Below are positions 27,654-36,300 of a stretch of 44,612 nucleotides of DNA, piece after piece. Numbering within the stretch: position 1 is the stretch's first letter; each line of letters begins with the position of its first letter. The stretch is from an uncultured Chromatiales bacterium (GTDB lineage Bacteria; Pseudomonadota; Gammaproteobacteria; 21-64-14): contig CAZAQG010000005.1 in assembly GCA_964487445.1 (NCBI GenBank), positions 1-44,612 of the forward strand, read 5' to 3'. The translations under genes and the position numbers were made by a program. The notes beneath the pieces were generated by a model. It was not told where the DNA came from and made no database searches. It saw only the letters and a list, made by a program, of their open reading frames with translations.

Positions 27654-29107
27654 TGGTACTCACCCTCATCCTCATCCTTCCGATCGGCGCGGCGCTGCTC
27701 ACCGTGGCGCGCCGCCGCGCCGCGCCGTGGGTCACCCTGGCCTCCGCCCTGGCGGTGCTGGGTCTGGCCGTCGTCGCCGCGCGGGACGTGATGGCGACCG
27801 GGCCGCTGGTGGGGGCGCACGGCGGATTTACGCTGGATGCACTGGGTGCGCTGTATCTGCTGCTCGTCGCCTTCGTGGGCGTGACCGCTTCGTTGTATTC
27901 GATCGGCTACCTCGAGGCCCGCCACCGCGAGGCGGGCCGTGTTGCGCCCCGCTACCGCCAGTATTACCCGCTGTTCAATCTCTTCCTCGCTTCCATGCTG
28001 GCGGTGCCCCTGCTTACCAACCTTGCGGTGATGTGGATAGCGATCGAACTCACCACCATCTTCTCCGCCTTCCTGGTGGCCTACGAAGACCGCGCCGAGG
28101 CACTGGAAGCGGCCTGGAAGTACGTCGCCCTCACCACCATGGGCGCGATGATCGCGCTGCTGGGTATCCTGGTGATCTACTACGGCGTCCACCATGCGGG
28201 CCAACCGCCGAGCTGGGCGGGACTGGTCGCCGCCGCGCCGCACATACCGCCTGCGGTACTGCTCACCGGCTTCGTGCTCGCGCTGGTCGGCTTCGGCGCC
28301 AAAGCCGGCTTGGTGCCGATGCACACCTGGCTCCCGGATGCACACAGCCAGGCGCCGGCTTCGATCTGTGCGTTGCTCTCCGGTGTGGAGACCAGCGCCG
28401 CGCTGTACATGATTCTGCGCCTGTACCCGGCGCTGGCGCGCAACCCCGGCATCCCCGATGCAAACGCCTGGTACCTGGTCGCCGGCCTCATGTCGGTGGG
28501 AGCGGCCGCGCTCCTCATTCTTCAGGTCACCGATTTCAAACGCCTGTTCGCCTACTCCACGGTGGAGCATATGGGCATCATCCTCACCGCCTGCGGACTG
28601 GGCACCCCCGCCGCCCATCTGGGTACGGTGTACCAGCTTTTCGCCCATGCCCTGACCAAGTCATTCTGCTTCTATGCCGCGGGCCTCGCCGCCGTCACCC
28701 TGGGCACGCAGCGTATACGCGGCAGCAGCGGGCTCCTCAGCAGTTCGCCGCTGGTCGGTTGGGCGTTGCTGCTGGGTGCGCTGGCCATCGCCGGCGCACC
28801 GCCTTTCGCCATCTTCATTTCCGAGTTTCAGATTCTGCGCGCCGGGTTCGGAGCCGGCGAGTACCTGGCCACGGGCCTGCTGACCGTTTTCATCGTGGTC
28901 GCCTTCATCGCCATCGTGTATCAGATCGGCGGCATCGTGTTCCGCCAGCCCGCGCCCGAGCGCGCCCCTGCTCACCCGCTCCCGGTGAGCAGCGTGTTTG
29001 CGATGGCGATCGCCTTCCTGCCGCTGCTGGTATTCGGCTTCTATCTGCCGCCGCCGCTGCTGCGGCTGGTCCACCAAGCCGCCGCCCTGCTCGGAGGCAC
29101 GCCGTGA
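27650..29107 (+). CDS. HyfF-like proton-conducting (antiporter-like) subunit
   Basis: WIAIELTT, ALEAAWKY, GFGAKAGLVPMHTWLPDAHSQAP, FKRLFAYSTVEHMG, PPFAIFISEF. Confidence 0.9.
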   Translation: MMVLTLILILPIGAALLTVARRRAAPWVTLASALAVLGLAVVAARDVMATGPLVGAHGGFTLDALGALYLLLVAFVGVTASLYSIGYLEARHREAGRVAPRYRQYYPLFNLFLASMLAVPLLTNLAVMWIAIELTTIFSAFLVAYEDRAEALEAAWKYVALTTMGAMIALLGILVIYYGVHHAGQPPSWAGLVAAAPHIPPAVLLTGFVLALVGFGAKAGLVPMHTWLPDAHSQAPASICALLSGVETSAALYMILRLYPALARNPGIPDANAWYLVAGLMSVGAAALLILQVTDFKRLFAYSTVEHMGIILTACGLGTPAAHLGTVYQLFAHALTKSFCFYAAGLAAVTLGTQRIRGSSGLLSSSPLVGWALLLGALAIAGAPPFAIFISEFQILRAGFGAGEYLATGLLTVFIVVAFIAIVYQIGGIVFRQPAPERAPAHPLPVSSVFAMAIAFLPLLVFGFYLPPPLLRLVHQAAALLGGTP

Positions 29108-30669
29108 ACCGACTCGCGACATTGGCCGCGGCGCTGGCCGATCATCCGGGCCTCGAGTCATCCCGGCTCACGCAAGATCAACTGGAACTTACCGCGGTGC
29201 CCGGAGCGGTTTCGGTGCTCGTGGAATTGCTGACTCACGAGTACGGCTTCGAGTTTGCGACACTGCTCGCCGAGGATCTCGATTGCGGCTTTACCCTGCA
29301 TTATTCCTTCTTCCATCCGGCGGATCACGTGCTCGTCTCGATCGGGACGAGCGCAAGCGGGGAACTGCCGACCATCAGCGACCGCATCTATGCGGCCGAC
29401 TTGTACGAGCGCGAGGCCGAGGATCTGTTCGGGCTGCATTTTTCCGGACATCCCTTCCTCGGGGACTTCGTGCTCCATGACGACGTCTGGCCGGAGGCCG
29501 TAGCGCCGATGTGCCGGCGCTACGCCGCGACGACCCCGTCGGCGAGTGCCGAGCGAGCCTCCACGTGGCACCCGCGGCGCCAACTCACCGAATCCGGGAG
29601 TGTCGTGTTTCCGATCGGACCGGTGTGGGGCGATTACCTCGAGGCGGGGCTCTACGTGCTCGAAGGACCCGGCGAACAGATCCGCCTCGCCCACACACGA
29701 CTGTTCTACAAGTACCGGGCGGTGGAGAAGATCGCCGAAGGCCTGCCGGTGCCCGCCGTGCTGCTGCTCGCGGAACGCTTCAGCGGCAACGCCGCCGTGG
29801 CGCACGCACTGGCCTTGTGCCAAGCGGCGGAGCGTATCTCGCACACGACGGTACCCGAGCGGGCGCGTCGCCTGCGCGTGGTGCTCGCCGAACTCGAGCG
29901 CATGCGCTACCACATGGCGGTGCTGGCGGAGCTTGCCGGTTCCACCGGCCTGGCGATTGGAAAGGCCATGGGCCAGGAATTGGAAGAGGCGCTGCTGCGC
30001 CTCGCCGCGCGCGTCGGCGGCCACCGTTACTTGTTCGGCCTGATCGCCCCCGGCGGGCTCGCTCGCGACCTGGATGCCGGCGCACTGGCGACGCTCGGCG
30101 CCGAACTCCCCTCGCTCCTGATACGTATACGCCGATACCAACGGCTGCTGGAGGCGAGTTCGAGTTTTCTCGACCGCATCGAGGAGGTGGGCGCACTCGA
30201 TGCGACGCTCACCGCGCGCTACGCCACCGTCGGCCCGATCGGACGCGCTTCCGGTCGTACCCTGGACCTGCGCTGCGCCCTGCCCTATGCCGGCTACGCG
30301 AGCCTGCCCCCCGCAGTGGCGGTAGAATCCGAAGGGGACGGCTACGCGCGCATGCGGGTGTTCTTCCATGAAATCGAGGACTCGGGCGCGTTGATAGGCG
30401 CGGCGCTCGACGCGCTGCCGACCGGCGCGGCGACCGCCGGCTGGGAGCCGTGCGAGGGTTCCGCCCTCGGCTGGGCCGAGGCGCCGTCCGGAGCGTTCTT
30501 CGACTGGCTGCGACTCGACGCCGACGGCCGTGTGCAACGCTGGTCGGCCGGCACGCCGGGATACCGTAACTGGCACGCCTTCCACCGCGCGGTGGAGGGC
30601 GCCGCATTCCAGGATTTCCCGATCATCATGGCGAGCTTCGGACTTTCGGTGGCGGAGAACGATCGCTGA
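29104..30669 (+). CDS. HyfG/HycE-like (NuoCD) large subunit lacking Ni-Fe ligands (EhrL-type)
   Basis: NuoC-like YEREAEDLFGLHFSGHP plus NuoD-like LAELERM..H and EAPSG. The L1 site reads ERFSGNAAVAH and the L2 site DFPIIMASFGLSVAENDR, both without CxxC. Confidence 0.88.
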   Translation: MNRLATLAAALADHPGLESSRLTQDQLELTAVPGAVSVLVELLTHEYGFEFATLLAEDLDCGFTLHYSFFHPADHVLVSIGTSASGELPTISDRIYAADLYEREAEDLFGLHFSGHPFLGDFVLHDDVWPEAVAPMCRRYAATTPSASAERASTWHPRRQLTESGSVVFPIGPVWGDYLEAGLYVLEGPGEQIRLAHTRLFYKYRAVEKIAEGLPVPAVLLLAERFSGNAAVAHALALCQAAERISHTTVPERARRLRVVLAELERMRYHMAVLAELAGSTGLAIGKAMGQELEEALLRLAARVGGHRYLFGLIAPGGLARDLDAGALATLGAELPSLLIRIRRYQRLLEASSSFLDRIEEVGALDATLTARYATVGPIGRASGRTLDLRCALPYAGYASLPPAVAVESEGDGYARMRVFFHEIEDSGALIGAALDALPTGAATAGWEPCEGSALGWAEAPSGAFFDWLRLDADGRVQRWSAGTPGYRNWHAFHRAVEGAAFQDFPIIMASFGLSVAENDR

Positions 30670-31406
30670 TGGCCAACTGGGTAGCACACAGTCTGATCGA
30701 CGGTATCCGCAGCGAACCCGGCCTCGACGCCGGGCGCCTGCCGGCGGGCGCGACCCCCGGCCGAGCGGTATCGCAGCCGCTCGCGGCACAGGCCGCGGCA
30801 CGAATGGCCGCAATCTGCCCCAGCGGAGCGATAACGGCGCGCGGGGATGCGGTCGACGTGGATTTCGTACACTGCGTGCATTGCCAGCGATGTCGCCGGC
30901 CCGACGGTGATCTCGCATGGCGGGAAGATGCGCGATGGGGCGCATGGCGTGATGCGGCGCCCAACCCCTTGCCGCGCCGCTTCCGCCGCTCGGTCCATGT
31001 GCGCTACCTCGACGCCGGTGCTTGCGGCGCTTGCATGGGCGAAGTGCGTCTGATCGACGCGCCGCCGTACAACCTGCATCGCTACGGTATCTTCATCACA
31101 GCCACGCCGCGCGACGCCGACGTATTGCTGGTCGCCGGGCCGGTCACCGAGGCGATGCGCCTGCCGTTGCGCAAGACCTACGAGGCGATGCCGGAGCCGA
31201 AGCGGGTGGTGGCGATGGGGGTCTGCGCGATCGACGGCGGCGTTTTCGGTCGGAGTTTCGCCAGCATCGGCGGCGTGCGAAACGTGGTGCCCGTGGACCT
31301 CGTCATCGCCGGCTGCCCACCCCCGCCGCTCGCAATCGCGCATGGCCTGTTGCTCGCCGCCGGGCAGTTGCAACCGGAGCAGGGCAGCGATGCCCCCGAG
31401 TCATGA
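30669..31406 (+). CDS. NuoB/HycG-like small subunit fused to an N-terminal ferredoxin-like domain
   Basis: DAGACGAC, TPRDADVLLVAGPVT, GVCAIDGG, IAGCPPPP; N-terminal ICPSGAI and CVHCQRC. Confidence 0.9.
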   Translation: MANWVAHSLIDGIRSEPGLDAGRLPAGATPGRAVSQPLAAQAAARMAAICPSGAITARGDAVDVDFVHCVHCQRCRRPDGDLAWREDARWGAWRDAAPNPLPRRFRRSVHVRYLDAGACGACMGEVRLIDAPPYNLHRYGIFITATPRDADVLLVAGPVTEAMRLPLRKTYEAMPEPKRVVAMGVCAIDGGVFGRSFASIGGVRNVVPVDLVIAGCPPPPLAIAHGLLLAAGQLQPEQGSDAPES

Positions 31407-33511
31407 CGTGGTTCGCCGCCGCTTTCGCCGCTCTGGCCGCGAGCATCGTAGTGGTCTGGATTTCGCCGGCCCGGGCTCGGGTCCGGGCGAGCGGGTGCGC
31501 CTTTTTCGCGGCGAGCGGATTGGTGTTCATCACCGGCGTAGAGGCCATATCGACCGGCGGCGCAACCGTTTCCCTCGGCCCCCTCTCGTTGCTGGGAGAG
31601 ATCGGCTTTGTGCTGAATCCGCTGCGGGGGTTGTTTCTCATCGTCACCGCCGTCGTTTTCCTGGCCGCGACACCCCTGATGATTCGCGACGCGGCTCAGT
31701 ACCCGCGTCATCGGGCGGCGCTGTTTCTCACCCTGGTCGCGATATTGTACGCCGGCATGCTCGCATTCTTCACCGCGGCCGACATAGTGTCTTTCGTCTT
31801 CTTCTGGGAAATCAGCGCGTTGGCTATCTGGGGGCTGGTTACCTTTCACGCTCAGGAAGCGCGCCCGGTCGCGGCGGGCTATCTGACACTGATGTTGAGC
31901 GAAGCCGGAACGCTGGCCGGCATGGCCGGCCTTTTCCTGCTCGCCTCCCACGCACATGGCACGGCGTTGTCGTCCATCGCGGCGGCGGGGAATCAACTGC
32001 CGGCAGGCACATTGTGGATCGCTTTTCTGCTCACGTTCTTCGGCTTCGGCGTCAAGGCCGGCATCGTGCCCGTCAATGCCTGGCTCCCCGAGGCGCACGG
32101 CTCGGCCCCGCGATCGGTTTCACCGATCCTCTCCGGCGCGACGCTCAACCTCGGCGTGTTCGCACTCTTCGTCATCGACGGCCCCATTGCGATCCATCAC
32201 CCGCAGATGGCGCTGCTCGTTCTTTTCGTCGGCGCGGTAACGGCATTGACCGGTATCGTCTATGCGCTTACCGAGCGCGATCTGAAACGGTTGCTTGCGC
32301 AAAGTTCGATCGAAAACCTGGGGATCGTGGTAGCGGCGTTGGGAGCGGGATTCACCTTTGTCTCGCTGGGCCACCCGGTGCTCGGCGCCATGGCGATGGT
32401 GGCCGGTCTCTACCACATGATCAACCACTCCGCCTACAAGACATTGCTGTTTGTGGGGGCGGCCGGCATCGACCAGGCGACCGGCACCCACGACCTGGAT
32501 CGCTTGGGCGGACTCATGCGGCGCATGCCGGTGTTCGCCACGGCCTTTCTCATCGGCGCGCTGGCGATCGCCGCACTGCCGCCTTTCAACGGCTTCGTCA
32601 GCGAGTGGCTGCTGTTCGAATCGCTGTTGCGGGTGGTGGAGATCGCCTCGCATCCGGTGCGCGCCGTCTTCGCGCTTTCGGGGGCGATGCTCGCGCTGAC
32701 CGTGGGACTCGCACTGACCTGCTTTGTAATGCTGGCCGGCTCGGCGCTGCTTGGACGGCCGCGGTCCGATGTGGTCGCCGCAGCGACGCCGGCACCGGCG
32801 AGCGCGACCATCCCGATGTGGGGGCTCGTCGCAGTCTGTTTCGGGCTCGGGGTACTGGCCACTGCAGTGATTCCGCTGCTGGGGAAACTGGTTCACCCGC
32901 TGGCCGGCGCCAACCCCACCGCGGCACTGGTCCCGGCCTTCTTCGCCACCCCGCATGGGCTGCCCGCCGGACTGACCACCACCTTGTCGGGGATAGGCGC
33001 CGAGGTCGGGCGCGGCGTGCTGCCGTTGCGTTCTCTGGTGGTGATGCATTCGGGCGGAGCCGCCACGCCGGTGGTCTTTGCGATGTCCACCGCACTTGCA
33101 TTCGCGGTGATCGTCCTTTTGCTGCTAAGCACCTGGGGTGCAACGCGCCTGCTGCGCCGGCGCCGCCCCCGTCGCGTCGGCGTCTGGGATGCCGGCCTGC
33201 CGAGCCTGCAACCGCAGATGGGCTACACCGCCACCGCCTTCTCCGCCCCCGTGCGGGTGCTCTTCGAATCGCTGTTGCGCCCCGTCGTGCAAGAGCGGCA
33301 ACACTCTCAAGGCAGCTTTCTCATCGGCATCGAGCGCGAAACGCATGTGGTCCACCTCGTTGACCGCCTGTTCTTGAACCCGATGTCCTATGCGGTGAAG
33401 GCGATTGGGCGATCATTGGCCTGGTTACACCAAGGTGCCGTCACGCTCTATGCCACCTGGGTGCTGGCGACGCTGTTCGCCGCACTGATGGCCATGAAAT
33501 TCTCCTTGTAA
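31403..33511 (+). CDS. HyfB/HycC-like antiporter-like subunit, copy 1
   Basis: FFWEI, GFGVKAGIVPVNAWLPEAH, LKRLLAQSSIENLG, HMINHSAYK, PPFNGFVSEW; ATG 31403 overlaps the upstream stop. Confidence 0.9.
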   Translation: MTWFAAAFAALAASIVVVWISPARARVRASGCAFFAASGLVFITGVEAISTGGATVSLGPLSLLGEIGFVLNPLRGLFLIVTAVVFLAATPLMIRDAAQYPRHRAALFLTLVAILYAGMLAFFTAADIVSFVFFWEISALAIWGLVTFHAQEARPVAAGYLTLMLSEAGTLAGMAGLFLLASHAHGTALSSIAAAGNQLPAGTLWIAFLLTFFGFGVKAGIVPVNAWLPEAHGSAPRSVSPILSGATLNLGVFALFVIDGPIAIHHPQMALLVLFVGAVTALTGIVYALTERDLKRLLAQSSIENLGIVVAALGAGFTFVSLGHPVLGAMAMVAGLYHMINHSAYKTLLFVGAAGIDQATGTHDLDRLGGLMRRMPVFATAFLIGALAIAALPPFNGFVSEWLLFESLLRVVEIASHPVRAVFALSGAMLALTVGLALTCFVMLAGSALLGRPRSDVVAAATPAPASATIPMWGLVAVCFGLGVLATAVIPLLGKLVHPLAGANPTAALVPAFFATPHGLPAGLTTTLSGIGAEVGRGVLPLRSLVVMHSGGAATPVVFAMSTALAFAVIVLLLLSTWGATRLLRRRRPRRVGVWDAGLPSLQPQMGYTATAFSAPVRVLFESLLRPVVQERQHSQGSFLIGIERETHVVHLVDRLFLNPMSYAVKAIGRSLAWLHQGAVTLYATWVLATLFAALMAMKFSL

Positions 33512-33537
33512 CCTCCCGGCCGAAGGATAAGGCGCGC

Positions 33538-35658
33538 ATGATCTGGACCTTGTTTACTTTGGTTTTCGTTGCCTTGCTCGCGGCGTTGGGGGGTGCCGCC
33601 CTGGCCGGTTCTCCGATCGGGCGCAACCTGCACCGCTTGGCCGGATGGAGCGCCGCGGCGCTGGCCTTGGCCGCCGGTGTACTGGCCATGCTGGGGCACA
33701 CGCTGTCGGCGCATGTCCCCTTGTCTTTGCTCGGATCGATGCTGTTTATGCTGAATCCGTTGCGAGGCTTCTTTATCGTTATCGCCGCCTGCGTATATGC
33801 GGCCACGCTCGCGGGCGCAACCGCCGGCGCCGGGCGTGAACCGCCCCGGCGGGCCGTTTTGTTCCTCATTCTCTACACGGTGCTGTTCGCGGCCCTGCTC
33901 GCGGTACTTACGGCGGGCGATGTCCTCTCCTTCGTATTCACCTGGGAGATCATGTCGCTAGCGCTGTGGGGGCTGGTGAGCTTTCGCGTAGAGGGCGAGC
34001 AACGCTGGCAGGCGTCGCTCGGCACCATCGCGTTCAGCGAGGCCGGTACCATTGCCGGGCTTGCCGGGCTGCTGATACTCGCCGCCGGCGCCGGAAGCCC
34101 GGATCTCGCCGTGATCGCCCAACGCGCGGCCGATCTGCCGCCGGCCATCCGCTGGACCGGCTTTCTGCTCACCTTCTACGGCTTCGGAGTAAAAACGGGC
34201 ATCGCCCCGGTGAACCTTTGGATGAACGACGGCTACGCCGCCGCGCCGCCCGCGGCGCGCGCGCTGTTCTCCGGCGCAACCATCAACCTCGGCGTGTTCG
34301 CGCTGTGGACCATCGACGGCCCGCTTGCGGTCCACGAACCGTGGATGGGGCTGCTGGTGCTGGTGACCGGCGCAGTCACCGCACTGCTCGGCATCCTCTA
34401 TGCGATCCTCTCACGCGACATCGGCCGCCTGCTCACCGAGAGTTCCATCGAAAACCTCGGCATCGTGGTGGCGGCAAGCGGCGCCGGTTTCGCCTTCGTC
34501 GCCTACGGTCACCCGGTGCTCGGGGCCATCGCGTTGGTGGCCGGTCTCTACCACATGCTCAATCACTCCGCCTTCAAAACGCTGCTCTTCCTCGGCGCAG
34601 ACGGCATCGAGCAGGCGACCGGCACCGCCGATCTGGACCAATTGGGCGGGCTCATGCGACACGTACCGCTGTTCGCCACGGCCTTTCTCATCGGTACGAT
34701 CGCGATCGCCGCGCTGCCGCCGTTCAACGGCTTCGTGAGTGAGTGGCTGGTACTTGAATCCCTGCTGCGCGTGGTGGCGATCGCTTCGGTGCCCGTTCGT
34801 CTCGTCTTTGCGCTCTCCGGTGCGCTGCTCGCGCTTACCGCGGGACTTGCACTCACCTGCTTCGTATCGCTCGCCGGCACCGCGCTGCTCGGCCGGCCGC
34901 GTTCGTCCTATGCCGCCAACGCGCGCGTCGCGCCGATGAGCGCAACCTTGCCGATGTGGCTGCTGGCGGGCGTATGCCTGGCACTCGGCGTCTCCGCGAC
35001 CGCCGTCATTCCGCTGCTCGGCGCGCTGGTGCACCCGCTGGCCGGCGCCGATCCCACCAACGCGCTGGTACCCGCCTTCTTCGGTGTCCCCCAAGGTCTT
35101 CCCGCCGGCCTGGCAACCGCGCTTTCGGGGATAGGCGCCGAGATCGGGCGCGGCGTGCTGCCGTTGCGCTCGCTGGTCGTCGTACATTCGGGCGGCGCCG
35201 CCACACCGGTGGTCTTTGCCATGTCCACCGCCCTCGCCTTCGTCGTGATCACCATCATGTTGTTCTGCGTCTGGCTCGCGGTCCACTTACTGCGCGGGGC
35301 GCGGGCACGGCGCGTGCGAGCCTGGGATGCCGGCCTGTCGCAGTTGCAGCCGGAAATGCTCTACACCGCCACCGCCTTCTCCGCCCCTGTGCGGGTGCTC
35401 TTCGATACCCTGCTTCACCCCGTGGTCGACGAGCAACAGCACCAGCACGGCGTGTTTCGGATAGGCCTGGAACGCGAAACCCATCTTGTACACGTCGCCG
35501 AACGATGGACATTGCGCCCGCTGGTCGCCGCGGCGAACGCCGCATCGAGCGGGCTTGCGCGCATGCATCGCGGGCGGGTGACGCTCTACGCCGCCTTCAT
35601 CCTCGCGAGCGTGGTGCTGGCGCTGCTGCTCGCCGCGGCCCTGATGCTGATAAATTGA
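33538..35658 (+). CDS. HyfB/HycC-like antiporter-like subunit, copy 2
   Basis: FTWEI, GFGVKTGIAPVNLWMNDGY, SSIENLG, HMLNHSAFK, PPFNGFVSEW; clear paralog of copy 1. Confidence 0.9.
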   Translation: MIWTLFTLVFVALLAALGGAALAGSPIGRNLHRLAGWSAAALALAAGVLAMLGHTLSAHVPLSLLGSMLFMLNPLRGFFIVIAACVYAATLAGATAGAGREPPRRAVLFLILYTVLFAALLAVLTAGDVLSFVFTWEIMSLALWGLVSFRVEGEQRWQASLGTIAFSEAGTIAGLAGLLILAAGAGSPDLAVIAQRAADLPPAIRWTGFLLTFYGFGVKTGIAPVNLWMNDGYAAAPPAARALFSGATINLGVFALWTIDGPLAVHEPWMGLLVLVTGAVTALLGILYAILSRDIGRLLTESSIENLGIVVAASGAGFAFVAYGHPVLGAIALVAGLYHMLNHSAFKTLLFLGADGIEQATGTADLDQLGGLMRHVPLFATAFLIGTIAIAALPPFNGFVSEWLVLESLLRVVAIASVPVRLVFALSGALLALTAGLALTCFVSLAGTALLGRPRSSYAANARVAPMSATLPMWLLAGVCLALGVSATAVIPLLGALVHPLAGADPTNALVPAFFGVPQGLPAGLATALSGIGAEIGRGVLPLRSLVVVHSGGAATPVVFAMSTALAFVVITIMLFCVWLAVHLLRGARARRVRAWDAGLSQLQPEMLYTATAFSAPVRVLFDTLLHPVVDEQQHQHGVFRIGLERETHLVHVAERWTLRPLVAAANAASSGLARMHRGRVTLYAAFILASVVLALLLAAALMLIN

Positions 35659-35894
35659 AGTGCGCCCGCCCCCGGCAGCCCCCCGGCGCCGCAAGGGGCT
35701 GCAAATCACCGACGGGGGCCCTGATGCCCTCCTGCTTGGCGCGACGACTCGACATGCTCCGGCTTTCCCGTGACGTGGACACACTCGGCGACAGATGAAG
35801 CCCATGAATGCCTGCTCCGCGCCGATCGGCGTGCTATTCTTGCCCGTCCTGGCGACGGACCCCTTTACATTTATGAAGAAGGAGGAAGATACGT

Positions 35895-36269
35895 ATGTGG
35901 CTGTTCCTGTCGGTAAGCCTCGGCGCCGTGGCCGGGGCGTGGGCCCGCTACGGCATGACGATGTTGATACAAACGGTGGCCGGACAGCGCTTTCCCTGGG
36001 CGACGCTCGCCATCAACGTGCTGGGCTCATTCCTGATGGGCTTTTTGTTCTTCGAGACCCTGGAGCGCGTCGTCGTTTCACCGGAACTGCGCGCCGGGCT
36101 ACTCACCGGAGGACTCGGGGCGTTCACTACCTTCTCCACCTTCACGATGGAGTCGCTGCTGCTCGTCGAGGACGGTCGGCTGGCGGCGGCGCTGGCCTAC
36201 GTAACCCTGTCGGTCGTGGTCGGCTTCGGCGCCGCCTTCGCCGGCGCCTATCTATCACGTAAACTGTAA
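35895..36269 (+). CDS. crcB: Fluoride efflux channel FluC/CrcB
   Basis: GAVAGAWARY, FPWATLAINVLGSF, TGGLGAFTTFSTF; 124 aa with four TM segments; AGGAGG RBS. Confidence 0.96.
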   Translation: MWLFLSVSLGAVAGAWARYGMTMLIQTVAGQRFPWATLAINVLGSFLMGFLFFETLERVVVSPELRAGLLTGGLGAFTTFSTFTMESLLLVEDGRLAAALAYVTLSVVVGFGAAFAGAYLSRKL

Positions 36270-36300
36270 CAAAGACCCACTTTACCGGGAGGATACCGGC

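Noticed and set aside
32988-35231. Near-identical tracts in the hyfB paralogs as a DGR TR/VR pair or an assembly artefact
   Set aside because: Differences are mostly synonymous and not adenine-specific, there is no reverse transcriptase, and both ORFs are intact and diverged elsewhere.
26011-35658. Calling the operon formate hydrogenlyase/hydrogenase-4
   Set aside because: All four Ni-Fe ligand cysteines are missing, and there are no formate dehydrogenase or maturation genes in the window.
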